From positions 496,001 through 560,000 of the forward strand of contig NW_003314333.1 in NCBI RefSeq assembly GCF_000143415.4: a stretch of DNA of 64,000 bases, given 5' to 3'. Below are positions 32,651 to 44,618 of this stretch, in pieces. The notes under the pieces were generated by a model. That model worked only from the letters and a program-made list of their open reading frames with translations, did no database searches and was not told the DNA's origin. A program made the translations under genes and the position numbers. Numbering within the stretch: the first letter of the stretch is position 1; each line of letters opens with the position of its first letter. The DNA is from Selaginella moellendorffii. Lineage: Eukaryota; Plantae; Lycopodiophyta.

Positions 32651-34344
32651 ATGGCATCTCCCTCCAGCTATGGGTGCTCGCTCTCCAGCAGCCGGGCGCT
32701 CTCTACTAGCACGCGGATCCTCGCGCTCAATCCACGCAGGCAAAATGTGAGTGCGAATGCGCAGGGTTTTAGATGCGTTCTAGTCACCACCGTCAAGGAG
32801 CCCAGCGAGCCCAGAGCTGCTAAAAGGTTTGCATGGATGTGGATCAATCGCTGCCTAGATTTCTCTTGATCGCGATCTCTGTTGCTCCTCCAGGCGTGTT
32901 GGAAGCGGCACGAAGCTAATCGGCTGTGGCTCGGCGGTGCCCAAGCAAGTGATCCACAACGATGACTTGTCTAAGTTCCTGGACACCTCCAACGAGTGGA
33001 TCCTCCCTCGGACTGGGATCGAACAGCGCCGCGTCCTCTCAGGCAAGAGTTTTGCTCTTTAGTTTCTTGTTTGAGCTTAGAAAGCTCGAGCTTTAGAGCT
33101 CGAGAGAGAGGGCTAGAGCTAAATCGCTCGAGCACGCGCAGGTGAGGAGACTCTCAAGGGCCTGGCTGTGGATGCATGCAAGAGGGCTCTGGAAATGGCG
33201 AAAGTAGAGCCTGAAGATCTCGATCTCATCTTGTTTTGCACATCCTCTGCGGAAGATACGTTCGGTGGTGCTCCCGAGGTATCGATCAAACGCCCGGCTT
33301 TCCATCTTTTTCATTGATTCTCTCGTTTCCTCCCGCAAGATCCAGCGCGAGCTCAGCTGCTCCAACGCGCTCGCCTTCGACTTAACTGCGGCATGTAGCG
33401 GCTTCGTCGTGGGCCTCGTTACTGCTACACGATATATCAAAGGTGGTCAATCGATCGAGAGAAGCAAAAGCGCTCCTTTATCTTTTCTCTTTCCATCTCA
33501 CAAAAACTCGAGCTCTTTCTTGCAGGAGGTGGATACAAGACGGCTCTCGTGGTTGGCGCGGATGCACTGTCGAGATATGTCGACTGGAGCGATCGATCGA
33601 CGTGTATTCTTTTCGGCGACGGTGCTGGAGCTGTGGTTTTACAGGTACTGTGACGAGAAAAGACGAACTTTTCGTGTTTGTTTGTGGATGAGCTTGCGAT
33701 GATTTCCAGGCGTGCAGCGAGGACGAGGACAGTTTGCTTGGCTTTGATATGCACACCGATGGAAGCGGACAAAAGTAAGATCCTGATTTGATTCATTGCT
33801 TTGCAGGACCCTGGATTTACTCTTTTTTTTCCCAGACACCTCCACGCAAGGATCGAGCCAGCGGAGGACGCAAAGATCCTCCACAATGGAAATGGATCCA
33901 CAACCATCAGCACTCCTGCGAGACCACCATCGTATCAATGCGTCCAGATGAACGGGAGAGAGGTGTTTCGATTTGCTGTACGCTCGGTTCCTCAAGTTGT
34001 GGAGGCCGCGTTGCAAGAGGCCGGTCTCGAGAATCACCACATCGATTGGCTTCTACTCCACCAGGTTCGTCGTGATTCTAAGTTCTTCTTGGAGCGGCTC
34101 TCTCTTTTTTTTGTTCTTCCAGGCAAACCAAAGAATCATAGACGCAGTGTCCGAGAGATTGGCGATATCGCAGGAAAGAGTGTTATCCAACTTGGTAAAC
34201 TATGGCAACACGAGTGCCGCGTCCATTCCTCTGGCGCTGGACGAGGCGGTCCGGAGTGGCAAAGTGAAGCGCGGCGACGTGATCGCCTCCGCGGGTTTTG
34301 GAGCTGGTCTTACGTGGGCGAGCGCCATTTTCAAGTGGGGATAG
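32651..34344 (+). CDS. KASIII: Plastid 3-ketoacyl-ACP synthase III (FabH); multi-exon
   Basis: DTSNEWI..RTGI, TAACSGF (Cys), [25 protein letters not shown] (His), [13 protein letters not shown] (Asn), GFGAGLTW. Confidence 0.95.
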
Positions 34345-34422
34345 ATGATAGCTAGATAATCGCGTAGCTATTCTTTATTTCTCTGGAAATAATACTATTC
34401 TTTTTGGAATGCGTCCATCTCC

Positions 34423-35940
34423 ATGGCGGCGGCGAGGAGCGCGGAGGTGTTGAGCGTGGACGAATGCATCCATCTTCTCAAGGTTTGCAGGAGCAAGGTG
34501 GAAGCGGAGAAAATGGATGCGTTGATCCAGCAGGAGAGTTTCCTTCCGGATCACAGGGTCTACCTTTCGAATCTCCTCATCCAGGCGTACGGGCGGTGTG
34601 GGAGCGTGGAAAACGCCCGCCGGATCTTCGATTCCATCTCGCCCAGGAGCGTTTTCACTTGGAACTTGATGCTCGCTGCATATGCCCACAATGGGCATAT
34701 GTCCGACTGTAGAGCCTTCTTTCAAAAGATGCCCACTTACGACGTAGTATCGTACAACACTATGCTGGCTGCTCACTCACAATATGGGGATCTGGAAATG
34801 GCCAAAGCACTGTTTGTGGCGATGCCCGTTCGAGACACAGTCTCCTGGAACGCTATGCTTTCTGCATATGCCCAAAACGGGCATGTGTTGGACGCGAAGA
34901 AAGTATTCGACGGGACTCCCGAGTGGAGTTTTGTCTCCTGGAATGCCATGCTGTCTGCATACACACAATCCGGGGATATAAGAAAAGCTCGAATGCTGTT
35001 TGCAAAGATCCCGTTTTGCGACCACACGTCGTATAACATACTTCTTTCTGCGTGTGCCAAGTGCGGGCATTTGCGGGAGGCGAAGGATCTGTTCGATCAA
35101 ATGCCGTGCAAGGATCTTGTGTCGTGTACGGCTCTGGTTTCGGCTTACGCCCAGCACGGCTATCTCGAGGACGCGAAAGTAATATTCGATTGGATGCCTG
35201 ATCGAAACCTTGTCTCTTGGAAGTCAATGCTCGTGGCCTACACCACAAATGGGCATTTGGAAGATGCGAGGGCGTTGTTTGAGGAGATGCCAGATCGTGA
35301 CACTTGCTCTTGGAACGTGATGCTAGCGGCGAGCTCCCAGAGCTGCAATCTCATCGAGGTGATTGACTTGTTTTATCTGATTCCTGATCGTAATGTGATA
35401 TCTTGGAGTGTGATGCTGGCGGTGACTGGAGTGCGTGGTGCAAAGAAGTGGTTTGATCGAATGCCAGAGCATGATACAGTGGCATGGAATGTGATCTTAT
35501 CTCTCGTGTCCTTCCAGAAGACTGGATCTAGTTATGCGCTGCAGCTCTTGAGCGAGATGATGGTCACGGGGTTTAGACCCAACGACGCTTCTTTTGTGTG
35601 CGCACTCGTGTCCTCAAGCCATGCTGGTAACACGCGGTCCGGAATCCATTACTGCAAATCGATCTCCTTTGATCATGGATTGCATCTGTCCAAGCAGCAA
35701 TTTGGATGCATGGTTGATCTTCTTGGAAGGGCGGGATTTGCTAGAGAGGCTGAGGATCTGATCAGGAACATGCCATACAGCGCAGATGCCATTGATTGGA
35801 AATCCTTGCTGAGTGCGTGTAAGAGTCACAAGGAATTGGAACTTGGGCTTGGGCTACAGATTGGACAGAGTATCCGCTGTGACCCCGCAGCACTTCTATT
35901 GCTCGAGAACCTGTCCAAAATGCCAACCACAAATACGTAA
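34423..35940 (+). CDS. PLS-class PPR protein with partial E domain
   Basis: 31-aa repeats followed by FGCMVDLLGRAG...WKSLLSACKSH. Confidence 0.92.
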   Translation: MAAARSAEVLSVDECIHLLKVCRSKVEAEKMDALIQQESFLPDHRVYLSNLLIQAYGRCGSVENARRIFDSISPRSVFTWNLMLAAYAHNGHMSDCRAFFQKMPTYDVVSYNTMLAAHSQYGDLEMAKALFVAMPVRDTVSWNAMLSAYAQNGHVLDAKKVFDGTPEWSFVSWNAMLSAYTQSGDIRKARMLFAKIPFCDHTSYNILLSACAKCGHLREAKDLFDQMPCKDLVSCTALVSAYAQHGYLEDAKVIFDWMPDRNLVSWKSMLVAYTTNGHLEDARALFEEMPDRDTCSWNVMLAASSQSCNLIEVIDLFYLIPDRNVISWSVMLAVTGVRGAKKWFDRMPEHDTVAWNVILSLVSFQKTGSSYALQLLSEMMVTGFRPNDASFVCALVSSSHAGNTRSGIHYCKSISFDHGLHLSKQQFGCMVDLLGRAGFAREAEDLIRNMPYSADAIDWKSLLSACKSHKELELGLGLQIGQSIRCDPAALLLLENLSKMPTTNT

Positions 35941-36051
35941 AGATTTAATTGCTTACATCATTTATAAATCACCACAAATGAATGCAAAGGTGGGCATATA
36001 GCTTTTGCAATGAGGAGAACAAAGTTACTATCGTGTACTTAAAGAGAGAGA

Positions 36052-36468
36052 ATGCAAACACGAGAACGTAGTGAGAGCTCGTATGGTTTTCTCTGCAACA
36101 TCAAGAGCTTGTATCTCAAAAGGGACGAGCAAGTGCATTTCTCTCCAATCAAAGAAATCATGCGGCAACTCTTGGTGGGCTTGGCAAGCTTGCCCGAACG
36201 CGATCTTGTGGACCAGGATGTTCAGCCAGCGTGTATCAGGCACAGCAACTTTTTGGTGAAACTGGGGGATTTCCAAAGCGCAAGGGGGCTTTCAACTCCA
36301 CCGAAGCCAGAAGTTACTGGATCATTGGGATACAGGGCTCTGGAAGTTATTTCCGGGGAGGCCGAAAAGATGGTGTGGGGCGCTGGAGTTGTATTTGCAC
36401 TGATGCTTTTGGGAGAAAACCCTTTTGACTTGAGCTGGGATAAGTGGAGAGCGATTGGTATACGCTGA
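36052..36468 (+). pseudogene. Degenerate CDK-like protein kinase C-lobe fragment
   Basis: IKEIMRQLLVGL, HRD replaced by DQD, DFG by DFQ, APE by ALE, VWGAGVVF; no N-lobe. Confidence 0.65.
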
Positions 36469-37330
36469 TTGATTTGAGGAGAGATTTACCGTGCAACAAG
36501 CTTTGAGTTCAGTGTATTTTACAGTACAATCACAAGACATCGAGGATGTTATCAAAGAAGGAAAGGTGAACGATTCTAGTTACGTGCACCCCTATACTCA
36601 GTTAGCATTCGGTTTCATGATATGCTTGTGCCGGAGTATGAGGTGGCAATGTACAGTCCGGTTAATGATGCAACAACGAGTCATGAAGAATGAAAAAATC
36701 TCATGCAAACTTCGTCTACGAACAAGCCTGCGAGTTTCGGTCCATATTATCGGACAGTCTGATCAGCCAGGGATCATCTTCCTCTTCCCCCCCGTCTTCC
36801 TTCTCGTGGACGTGTTCGTCTTGCAGTCCCCAAGGTCTGGAGAAGGCCAGCACCCAGTCAGGAAACTCCAGTGACAGGATTCGTTCCTTCTCGATTTGAA
36901 AACTCTGCTCTCAATTCTCTTACCTTGTTCACGGAAGGAGAAGTTGACACAAAGAAGAGGAATGGCTCATTGATCATTAGAACATCCTTGCTATACTGGC
37001 TGCCACTTTTGCGCTTCTTGATGCGAGCTTCATCCTCTCTAACAAGACACTTGAATTAGCTCCTCCATTGACATACCCATACACGACAAGTCCATTGACA
37101 TGTCTAATGCATCTTTAGACAGTGTTGGTATATTAAAAAAAATAAAAATAAATAAAAGATTGAAAGAAAAGTAATTTTTTCTTCCTCGTTATTACGTTCA
37201 TGAATTTTTTCTTGAACATCGTTTTGTTCTCTAACTGTACATTAACAGCATGAGAAATTAGACAGATAAAAGTTGAGATGTTTGATACGGAGTCTTTCCT
37301 TTTCTTTTGAAGAGAGAGCAGGATTTATTT

Positions 37331-39562
37331 TTAATTTGACTTGTCGTATTGAGCATACATGTTTGAGAGCAAAAGGTACGAGGCTTGAGCTGGGTTGAGC
37401 TCAGCAACTTGCAAGGCTCTCTCTAAGTCACCGCAAATTTTGTAAGCACTGAGCAGGCAATTCCAGGTAGCAGCACTGGGCTTGCACGGCATGCCCAGCA
37501 TCAAATCCTCAGCTTCATTCACGAGCCCAAGCCTCCCGAGAAGATCAATCACACACGAGAAATGGTCCACTCCCGGTTCTAGTCCATAGTCCCTGGAGAT
37601 AGAAACGAACTCGTCCACAGCAGCATCGAGTAGCCCCGCATGGCAGCACATTGTAAGGAGGCTGAGGAACGTCACAGCGTCGGGCTCCACACCTTCCAAG
37701 CCCATCACTCTCCACAGGCCAAAGGCTTGCTCCTCCTGCTTGTGAAAGACATAGACGCCCAGCATCGCACTCCACAGGACGACGTTCCTCTGATCCATTC
37801 TCTCGAACACTCTCCTCGCGTCTTGGGGACTTCCACACTTGCCGAACATGTCTACGATGGCACAGCCCAGCCTCACGTCCGCCTCCACCTCGATCTGCTG
37901 CTCGATCACCAACGAGTAGATGCTTGCACCGATAGCCAGCGAGTTCATCAAGGAGCAAGCGTGGAGCAAGACCACGAAAGTTGCAGCGTCGGGCTGTATG
38001 CCATCCATGTCCATCACTGGAAGTAAATCGAGAGAGAGCTTCGCATAGCCGGCCTGAGAGTAGGCCGAGACCATGGCGTTCCAGGCGACCACGTCCTTGG
38101 CTGGCATCTCATGAAAGATAGCTTCGGCAATCTCAAGCTGACCATCTTGAGCGTGAGCTGCTAGAAGGATTGTTCCACTCACAACGTCCTTTACTGCCAT
38201 CTTTGCGTAGAGCTCCCTGGCATTTTGGAGGCAGCCATTCTCGACAAATGCCGTGACCAGTGCCGAAGCTAGCAGTGCGTCCGTAGGAAACTTATCAAAC
38301 ACGGACTTTGCATCGTTGATCCGTCCCAGTCTGCCGTAGTTTCGAACCAGAGCGAGAGCAAAACCAACGTCCACTTCCGAGTATCTCCAAAGGAAATTCT
38401 CGTGGACGCTCTTGACGTCCATCGCAGTCGAGCAAACATTAAGAGCAACCCCGAGAGTGCTACAGCTCGGCCTTGCGCCATCCAGATTCATCACCTGGTA
38501 ATACTTCCACGCATCTCGCGGCCGCTGAGCGTGGTTAAAAGCCGTGATCATCGTGCTCCAGGAGATAGCATTCTTCTGAGGCATGTCACGGAAGAAGCTT
38601 TCCGCTTCGCTGAGACGTCTGTTCTGGCAGTAAGTTCCGAGCATGGCGTTCCAGCACATAATCTCCTTCTCCTTTTCCTTCTCCGGAACCGCATCAAACG
38701 TCCTCTTGGCTTGGTCAACTCGGCCTCCCTCGCCATAAGCCGTGATCATCACAATCCACGAAATTGTGCTTCGCTCGGGCATACTTTCGAACCGCTCGAT
38801 AGCTCTTTCCATACGTCCGGATTGAGCATACGCTGCGACGACGATGTTCCACGATGCAACGCTCCACTCGGGCATTTTGTGAAAGAGCTCCGCTGCGTAG
38901 TCGCTACACCCGCACTGGCTATACATGAAGAGTAGCGCGTTCCTCGCCAACAGGCCTGTGACACCCGGCCTCTCATCTATATGAGACGCAACCTTCTCGC
39001 CATCTTCCAGGGACTGTAGCTTCGCACAGGCATCTAAGGAGCTGACGAAAGTAGCACTCGTGGGCTCAAGGCCATCCAGGCACAGTTGCCTGTACTGCTG
39101 GAGAGCGTCCCCGTAGTGCCCGTTCTGGACGTAACCGGAGATCATGGCGTTCCAGGAAACTGTGTCTCTCTCCGGCATCTCGTCGAAAAAGAGCTTGGCT
39201 TCAGTCACGTACTCGTTCTGTGCGTATCCAGTAAGCATGCTATTCCACAGCACGACGTTGTGACTCGGGCTCTTGTCAAAAGTCTTCCTTGCGAGACTTA
39301 TATGCCCGTTCTGGGCATACGCCACCATCATGATATTCCAGGTGAAAACACTACGCTGCCTCGTCCGGTCGAATGCCTGGCATGATTCCTCCAATCTTCC
39401 ACAGCTTCCATACATTCGCACCAACAGGCCCCCGATAAGCGACTCCTTCTCGCATCCAAGCCTGGCAAGCTCGCAGTGTAGCTGCTTTCCATGAGCAAGG
39501 GCCTTCTCGTTTCCGTGCCGACGGAGAAGATTTGCAAGCCTGCCGAGTTCACCATCTCTCAT
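37331..39562 (-). CDS. PLS-class PPR protein with E domain, no DYW
   Basis: PLS repeats followed by HFSCVIDLLGRLG...WNCLLSA...SYLLLSNMYA. Confidence 0.95.
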   Translation of the reverse strand: MRDGELGRLANLLRRHGNEKALAHGKQLHCELARLGCEKESLIGGLLVRMYGSCGRLEESCQAFDRTRQRSVFTWNIMMVAYAQNGHISLARKTFDKSPSHNVVLWNSMLTGYAQNEYVTEAKLFFDEMPERDTVSWNAMISGYVQNGHYGDALQQYRQLCLDGLEPTSATFVSSLDACAKLQSLEDGEKVASHIDERPGVTGLLARNALLFMYSQCGCSDYAAELFHKMPEWSVASWNIVVAAYAQSGRMERAIERFESMPERSTISWIVMITAYGEGGRVDQAKRTFDAVPEKEKEKEIMCWNAMLGTYCQNRRLSEAESFFRDMPQKNAISWSTMITAFNHAQRPRDAWKYYQVMNLDGARPSCSTLGVALNVCSTAMDVKSVHENFLWRYSEVDVGFALALVRNYGRLGRINDAKSVFDKFPTDALLASALVTAFVENGCLQNARELYAKMAVKDVVSGTILLAAHAQDGQLEIAEAIFHEMPAKDVVAWNAMVSAYSQAGYAKLSLDLLPVMDMDGIQPDAATFVVLLHACSLMNSLAIGASIYSLVIEQQIEVEADVRLGCAIVDMFGKCGSPQDARRVFERMDQRNVVLWSAMLGVYVFHKQEEQAFGLWRVMGLEGVEPDAVTFLSLLTMCCHAGLLDAAVDEFVSISRDYGLEPGVDHFSCVIDLLGRLGLVNEAEDLMLGMPCKPSAATWNCLLSAYKICGDLERALQVAELNPAQASYLLLSNMYAQYDKSN

Positions 39563-39584
39563 GCTCTGCTGATACTCATCTCAG

Positions 39585-41738
39585 TCAGCTCGCGCTCACC
39601 GAAGCCTCGAGCTTGGAGCTGAGCTCGTGGTTGAGCTTAAACCCGGTGTCCACCATCGACTTCGAAACCTCTGCTAGCAGATCCTTGTAGCTCTTTTTGT
39701 CGACAAGGTGGCCGACCAGGGTGGTGTACGTTGCGTTGTCGGGCTCGCAACCACACTGTCTCATCACCTCAAACAAGTCGACTGCGTCTTCTGTCCGAGA
39801 AGCATCGCAAAACCCCTTGAGCAGTGTGTTGTACGTGACAGTGTCGGGAACCAGTCCAGCTCTCAGCATTGTCTCCAGCAATTCACCAGCTTGGCGAAGC
39901 CTTCCACGCTTGGACAGCCAGTCGATGAAGATGCTGAAAGTCACCACGTCCGGATACGAGCCTTTGCTGAGCAGGAGCTGGAGGATCTCCAAGGCCTTGT
40001 CCAGGTTTCCAGTCTTGCAGAAGCCATCGATGAGCGTCCCGTAAGTTATCGCGCCTGGATCGAATCCATTCTTGAGCATGAGCTCCAGGACGTTGTTTGC
40101 TTCGTCCATGAAGCGCCACTTGCAGAGGCTGGAGATGACGATGCTGTAGGTGACATCGTCCGGAGCTAGACCGTCACTGAGCATCTGGAGAAACAGCTTG
40201 TAGGCCCGATCCACACGCTTGGATTTGCACAAACCATCGATGACCGTGTTGTAAGTGATAATATCGGGTGAGCATCCCTGCTTCCTCGTCATCTCTCGGA
40301 GGAGGTATTCAGCCTGGTCGAACCTCCTGCTCTTGCAAAGCCCGTGAACCAGCGAGTTGTAAGTCACTAAGTTTGGCGTGCAGCCGCTCTCCTGAATCAA
40401 GTTGAAGAGCTCGTAAGCTATGTCGACCCTGTATGTCTTGCACATAGCATCGATGATGGTGTTGAATGTGACGATGTCTGGCACGCAGTTGTTGCTAAGC
40501 ATCTGTTCGAGGAGGAGAACGCCTTCGTGTACCTTGGTTGCCTTGCAAAGCCCTGCTATGACTGTGTTGTAGCTCACCACGTTTGGAACACAGCCCTTCT
40601 GGATCATCGAGCTTAGAAGTTGACAGGCTCTCTCTACTTCGTCCTTCTTGCAAAACATGTCCAGTAGAGAGTTGTAAGTGAAGAGATTTGGCACGTATCC
40701 CTTCTCCACCATCACCTCCACCAGGCCGATGGCATCCTCAGCCTTGCCACACTTGCAAAATGCGTCGAGAAGAACCGTGTAAGTGACAACGTTTGGCTGG
40801 CAGCCGCCGTCCACCATCTCTTCCAAGAGGTGATACGCCTCGTCAATCCTTCCTAGCTTGCAGTGACCGTCGATTATCGTGTTGTAAGTGACGATGTTGG
40901 GAGAGCAGCCACTTCTAGTCATTCTCTGCAAGAGAGCCGTCGCTTCGTCGAGCTTCCCGGCCTTGCAGAGCCCGTGAAGCAGCGAGCTGTAAGTAACAAC
41001 GTTTGGAGAGCATCCTTTCGAAACCATGGCTTCCACAAGCCGGCAAGCATCGTCCACTTTCCCAGACTTCACGAGCGAGTCCACGATTGTGCTGTAAGTG
41101 AACACGTCAGGCGGGCAGCTCCCCGATTCTTCCATCTCTTTGAACAGCTGCAACGCACTGTCAAGCTTTCTGCCACTGCACAGCCCCTTGATCACGACGT
41201 TGTGGAGGATAACGTTTTGTGGAACGCCATGCCTGGGCATCTCTTTGAGGAGCGCGTAAGCAGTCCCGATATCTCCAGCTCTGCAAAGCCCGTGGATCAA
41301 AATGGTAAAAGTGAACATGTTGGGCGAGCAGCAGAGCTTGTTCCTGTACACCTGTAGCGCATCCTTGGGTCGCTTGAGCCTCAAGAGCGCTTGCAGCAAG
41401 CAGTTGCACGTATAGGTGTCGTGGTTGTATCCTTCTTGAGAAGTAGCCCAGTCGAAGAATCCCAAGGCAGCATCGCCATTCCGAACGCCCTGTAAAACCT
41501 TCCCGACTACTGTTGTCGTGAGCTTCCCTGTGAATCTCTCCAGTGCCGTCTCTGCGTACTCCCAAGCACACCTGCTGTTGAGTATCCTTACAATCTTGTG
41601 ATGAAAACCACCTTGCGTCGCTACTGCTGTTACTCTGTACTGGTGAGGCCTAGGAGAAAATTGGCCCTGCTGGTCTTTGGAATCTAGAACTCGAGTTTGG
41701 CTCGTCAAGGCGGCCATAGGAACCGCCATAGCCATCAT
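39585..41738 (-). CDS. P-class PPR protein
   Basis: About 16 35-aa repeats (PNVVTYxxLIxGLCK). First ATG at 41738; a 60-nt GT-AG intron (41750-41809) lies just upstream. Confidence 0.93.
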   Translation of the reverse strand: MMAMAVPMAALTSQTRVLDSKDQQGQFSPRPHQYRVTAVATQGGFHHKIVRILNSRCAWEYAETALERFTGKLTTTVVGKVLQGVRNGDAALGFFDWATSQEGYNHDTYTCNCLLQALLRLKRPKDALQVYRNKLCCSPNMFTFTILIHGLCRAGDIGTAYALLKEMPRHGVPQNVILHNVVIKGLCSGRKLDSALQLFKEMEESGSCPPDVFTYSTIVDSLVKSGKVDDACRLVEAMVSKGCSPNVVTYSSLLHGLCKAGKLDEATALLQRMTRSGCSPNIVTYNTIIDGHCKLGRIDEAYHLLEEMVDGGCQPNVVTYTVLLDAFCKCGKAEDAIGLVEVMVEKGYVPNLFTYNSLLDMFCKKDEVERACQLLSSMIQKGCVPNVVSYNTVIAGLCKATKVHEGVLLLEQMLSNNCVPDIVTFNTIIDAMCKTYRVDIAYELFNLIQESGCTPNLVTYNSLVHGLCKSRRFDQAEYLLREMTRKQGCSPDIITYNTVIDGLCKSKRVDRAYKLFLQMLSDGLAPDDVTYSIVISSLCKWRFMDEANNVLELMLKNGFDPGAITYGTLIDGFCKTGNLDKALEILQLLLSKGSYPDVVTFSIFIDWLSKRGRLRQAGELLETMLRAGLVPDTVTYNTLLKGFCDASRTEDAVDLFEVMRQCGCEPDNATYTTLVGHLVDKKSYKDLLAEVSKSMVDTGFKLNHELSSKLEASVSAS

Positions 41739-42119
41739 CAACACATCACCTGGGACAAAGTCATGGTTATTCAGAAAAGTTAAAAGTCTGAAAAACAAAT
41801 GCTAATTACCTCTTATAACAAGTCACTTGCCTATCGGTGCAGTCTGGCTCCGTTAGCGTTCCACTGTCCCTTGAATAAATAACCAGTATCTTTTCCAATA
41901 AGAATGTCATCAACCTTGCCGAAATTTGAAGTCATTTTCCCCTATAGTCTTCCACTTGGGACCTCGATCGCACAGATCGACACAAAGTCCGAACTTTTGG
42001 AGAGACCTCGCCCATTTTACGATTAACCAGCAGGCCTGTTCTTCGATCTCTTTAAACATCTTCAGTTTCCTGTCAAACCTTCTGGCACGTATCCTGATCT
42101 AAAACTCCTGTTTGCAATG

Positions 42120-44355
42120 TCAGCAACACATGACCTGCAGAAAGCCATGGCTATCAGATAAAAATCTATACGTAAACGAAAGTTTGGCTGTTTACCTCTT
42201 CTGTCGCCTCCATTTCTTTCAGAAGTTGCTCCACTAGCTCCAGATTGTTGGTCTTCTGCAGAGCTCTTAGAAGCGTGCCGTAAGTCATCCTATCCGGTAG
42301 ACAACCTTTGTCCTTCATCTCCCTGAGAACTCGCCAGGCTTCCTCCAAACGAGATGCATTGCAGAGGCCGTTGATAAGACAAGTGTAAGTGATAGAATCC
42401 GGTGTACAGCTTTGCTTCCTCATGATCTCCAGCATCTCAGCTGCTTGCTCGACTTTGTTGATTTTGCAGAGGCCGTCGATGAGCGTGTTGTAAGTCACCA
42501 GATTGGGAGCACAGCCGCATCCCAGCATCTCCTGGAAAACGTCAAAAGCTTTGTCAACTGTTCCGGCCTTGCACAAACCATTGATGAGAGCACTGTACGT
42601 GACCACGTCCGGAACACACTTCGCCTCTTTCATCCGCTCCAGCATTTTAAAGGCCGAGTCGAGGTTATTGTCCTTGCAAAAGCTGTGAATGACGATGCTG
42701 TAAGTCACCACGTCTGGCATCACGCCTGCTGCTCTCATCCTGTCGAACAGAAGAAAGGCATCGTTAATCCGCCTGGACTTGCAGAGACCATCCACGACAC
42801 TATTGTAGGTCACCACGTCGGGGTAGCACCGGTTCTTCACCATAACGTCCAGCCAGCTTTCAGCCTCTGGCAGCCTCTTAGCCTTGCACAGTGCGTCGAT
42901 CAAGATGCTGTAGGCCACCACGTCTGGAGCACAGTCCATGCCGATGCTCATACGCAAAAGCTCCTGTGCCGAGTCGATCGCTGCTGCCTTGCAAAGCGTG
43001 TCGATGAGAGTGCTGAGACAGGCAACATCCGGCCTACATCCACGTCGAATCATCTGCTCCAAAAGGTCGTGTGCCTCGCGTAGCTTTCCAGCCTTGCAGA
43101 ACCCGGAAATGATCGTGCTGTAGTTGATCGCATCGGGAGGACACCCGGTTTGGATCATCATCTGCAAGACTTGGTGAGCTCGTTCCATGTCGTTCCTCCG
43201 GCAGAAGACGTGCATTATGTTGTTGTAAGTGATGGCATTCGGCCTGTATCCTCTCTCCGTCATCTTCCGGACGAGCTCCACGGCACCATCCAAGTCTCCA
43301 ACTCGGCAGAAACCGTCCACCAGCGTCCCGTAAGTTATCACGTTTGGCTGGCATCCTCTTTGGATCATCTTGTCCATCACCCGGCAAGCCTCATCAACTT
43401 GATCCAACTTGCACAAACCATTGATCACTGTGGTGTAGCTCACGACGTCCGGAGGACATCCCCTCATCACCATTTGCTCCAGCAGCCAGAGAGCATTCTC
43501 CACACGGTTGGCCTTGCAGAAACCATGCAGCACGGTGTTGTAGCTGAAAACGTTTGGAGCGAAGCCATTGTCCACCATCTCTTCCAGGAGCCGGATAGCA
43601 TCGTCTAGCCTGTCCGACTTGCTGAGCCCGTTGATCATCGTGTTGTAAGTCACCGAGTCCGGCGGGCACGTCTTGCTCATCTCCCGAAAGTGGAGCACCG
43701 CGTCCGAGCACTGGCCGGCATCGCACAGACCCCTGAGGATGCTCTTGTGTACTCCAGCGTGGGCCTTGAGACCCTTTCGATTCATCTCGTCGAAGAGCTC
43801 GTAAGCTGGCAAGATCTTCCCTGCTCGTATGAAACCACTGATCAAAGTGCTGTAAGTGACCGTGTCGCCGCCCCACTGCCCCTCGATTCTACTCCGAAAC
43901 AAATCGTGAGCTTGGCTATACTGGTGAGCCTTGACGAGAACGTTGAGCAGGCAATTGCAGCAAAAGATCTCGTGCTGGTAGCCATCTCTCGTCTCGGCCC
44001 ACTCGAAGAACACCAATGCGGCCCCTGGATCGATCAGTCTCTGGAGTACCTTGCCGACAATCTCTGGAGATAATTGTCCCCTATACTCGTCCAGAGCCAC
44101 TCGCAATGCCTGCTCGTCACTGGCACCCTGGACAATCCTCTCTAGAACAGAGATTGGACTGTCACTGCCCACCCATCTGTCCACTCTTCGCAGCGAATTC
44201 TTCTTGTAGAGCGCGAAGTGTTCCCGGATTGTGAGCCTATCTTGGTGCGGCCGGAATGTCCGAGGAGCGCTCACCGAGTCGCGTACCGTGAGCAATGCCG
44301 TGGTCGCCACCAAGCTCGATCGCTCCAGATTGGCGGCAGCCATCGCCATGGACAT
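42120..44355 (-). CDS. P-class PPR protein, paralogue of its downstream neighbour
   Basis: 35-aa repeats. Ends at 42166 if unspliced, or via intron 42135-42195 as EEVMCC* at 42120. Confidence 0.92.
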
Positions 44356-44593
44356 GATCCTCTTCTTTTCTTAAAGCGCGCCAGCGTCTCATCCCTTCAC
44401 ACATCCGGATAAGCGGTGCTTTGCTGCTAATCTCGCAGTAAAAATCTCTTGCGGTACCTGGCAGGGCGAATGCTGGTTCGATTCGCACGAAATGCGAAGG
44501 CGCCGATCGCAATCCTCGCGTCGCGATGGATTCCATCGAGAGGACGATCCGCGCTTCCGCTCCTCCTGATCACCGCCATCGCCAAGAACCCTG

Positions 44594-44602
44594 AAACCCT
44601 AA
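44594..44602 (+). promoter_or_regulatory. Telo-box in the 263-bp gap between two divergent PPR genes
   Basis: AAACCCTAA. Related motifs lie upstream of the HAD gene (3643), GRWD1 (14596) and the kinesin (26393, 26418). Confidence 0.45.
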
Positions 44603-44618
44603 CAATCGCTGGGCATGG

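Noticed and set aside
36712-37070. Orphan minus-strand coding-like fragment (ERILSLEFPDWVLAF...EEEDDPWL)
   Set aside because: No start codon, domain or clear exon chain that I can support.
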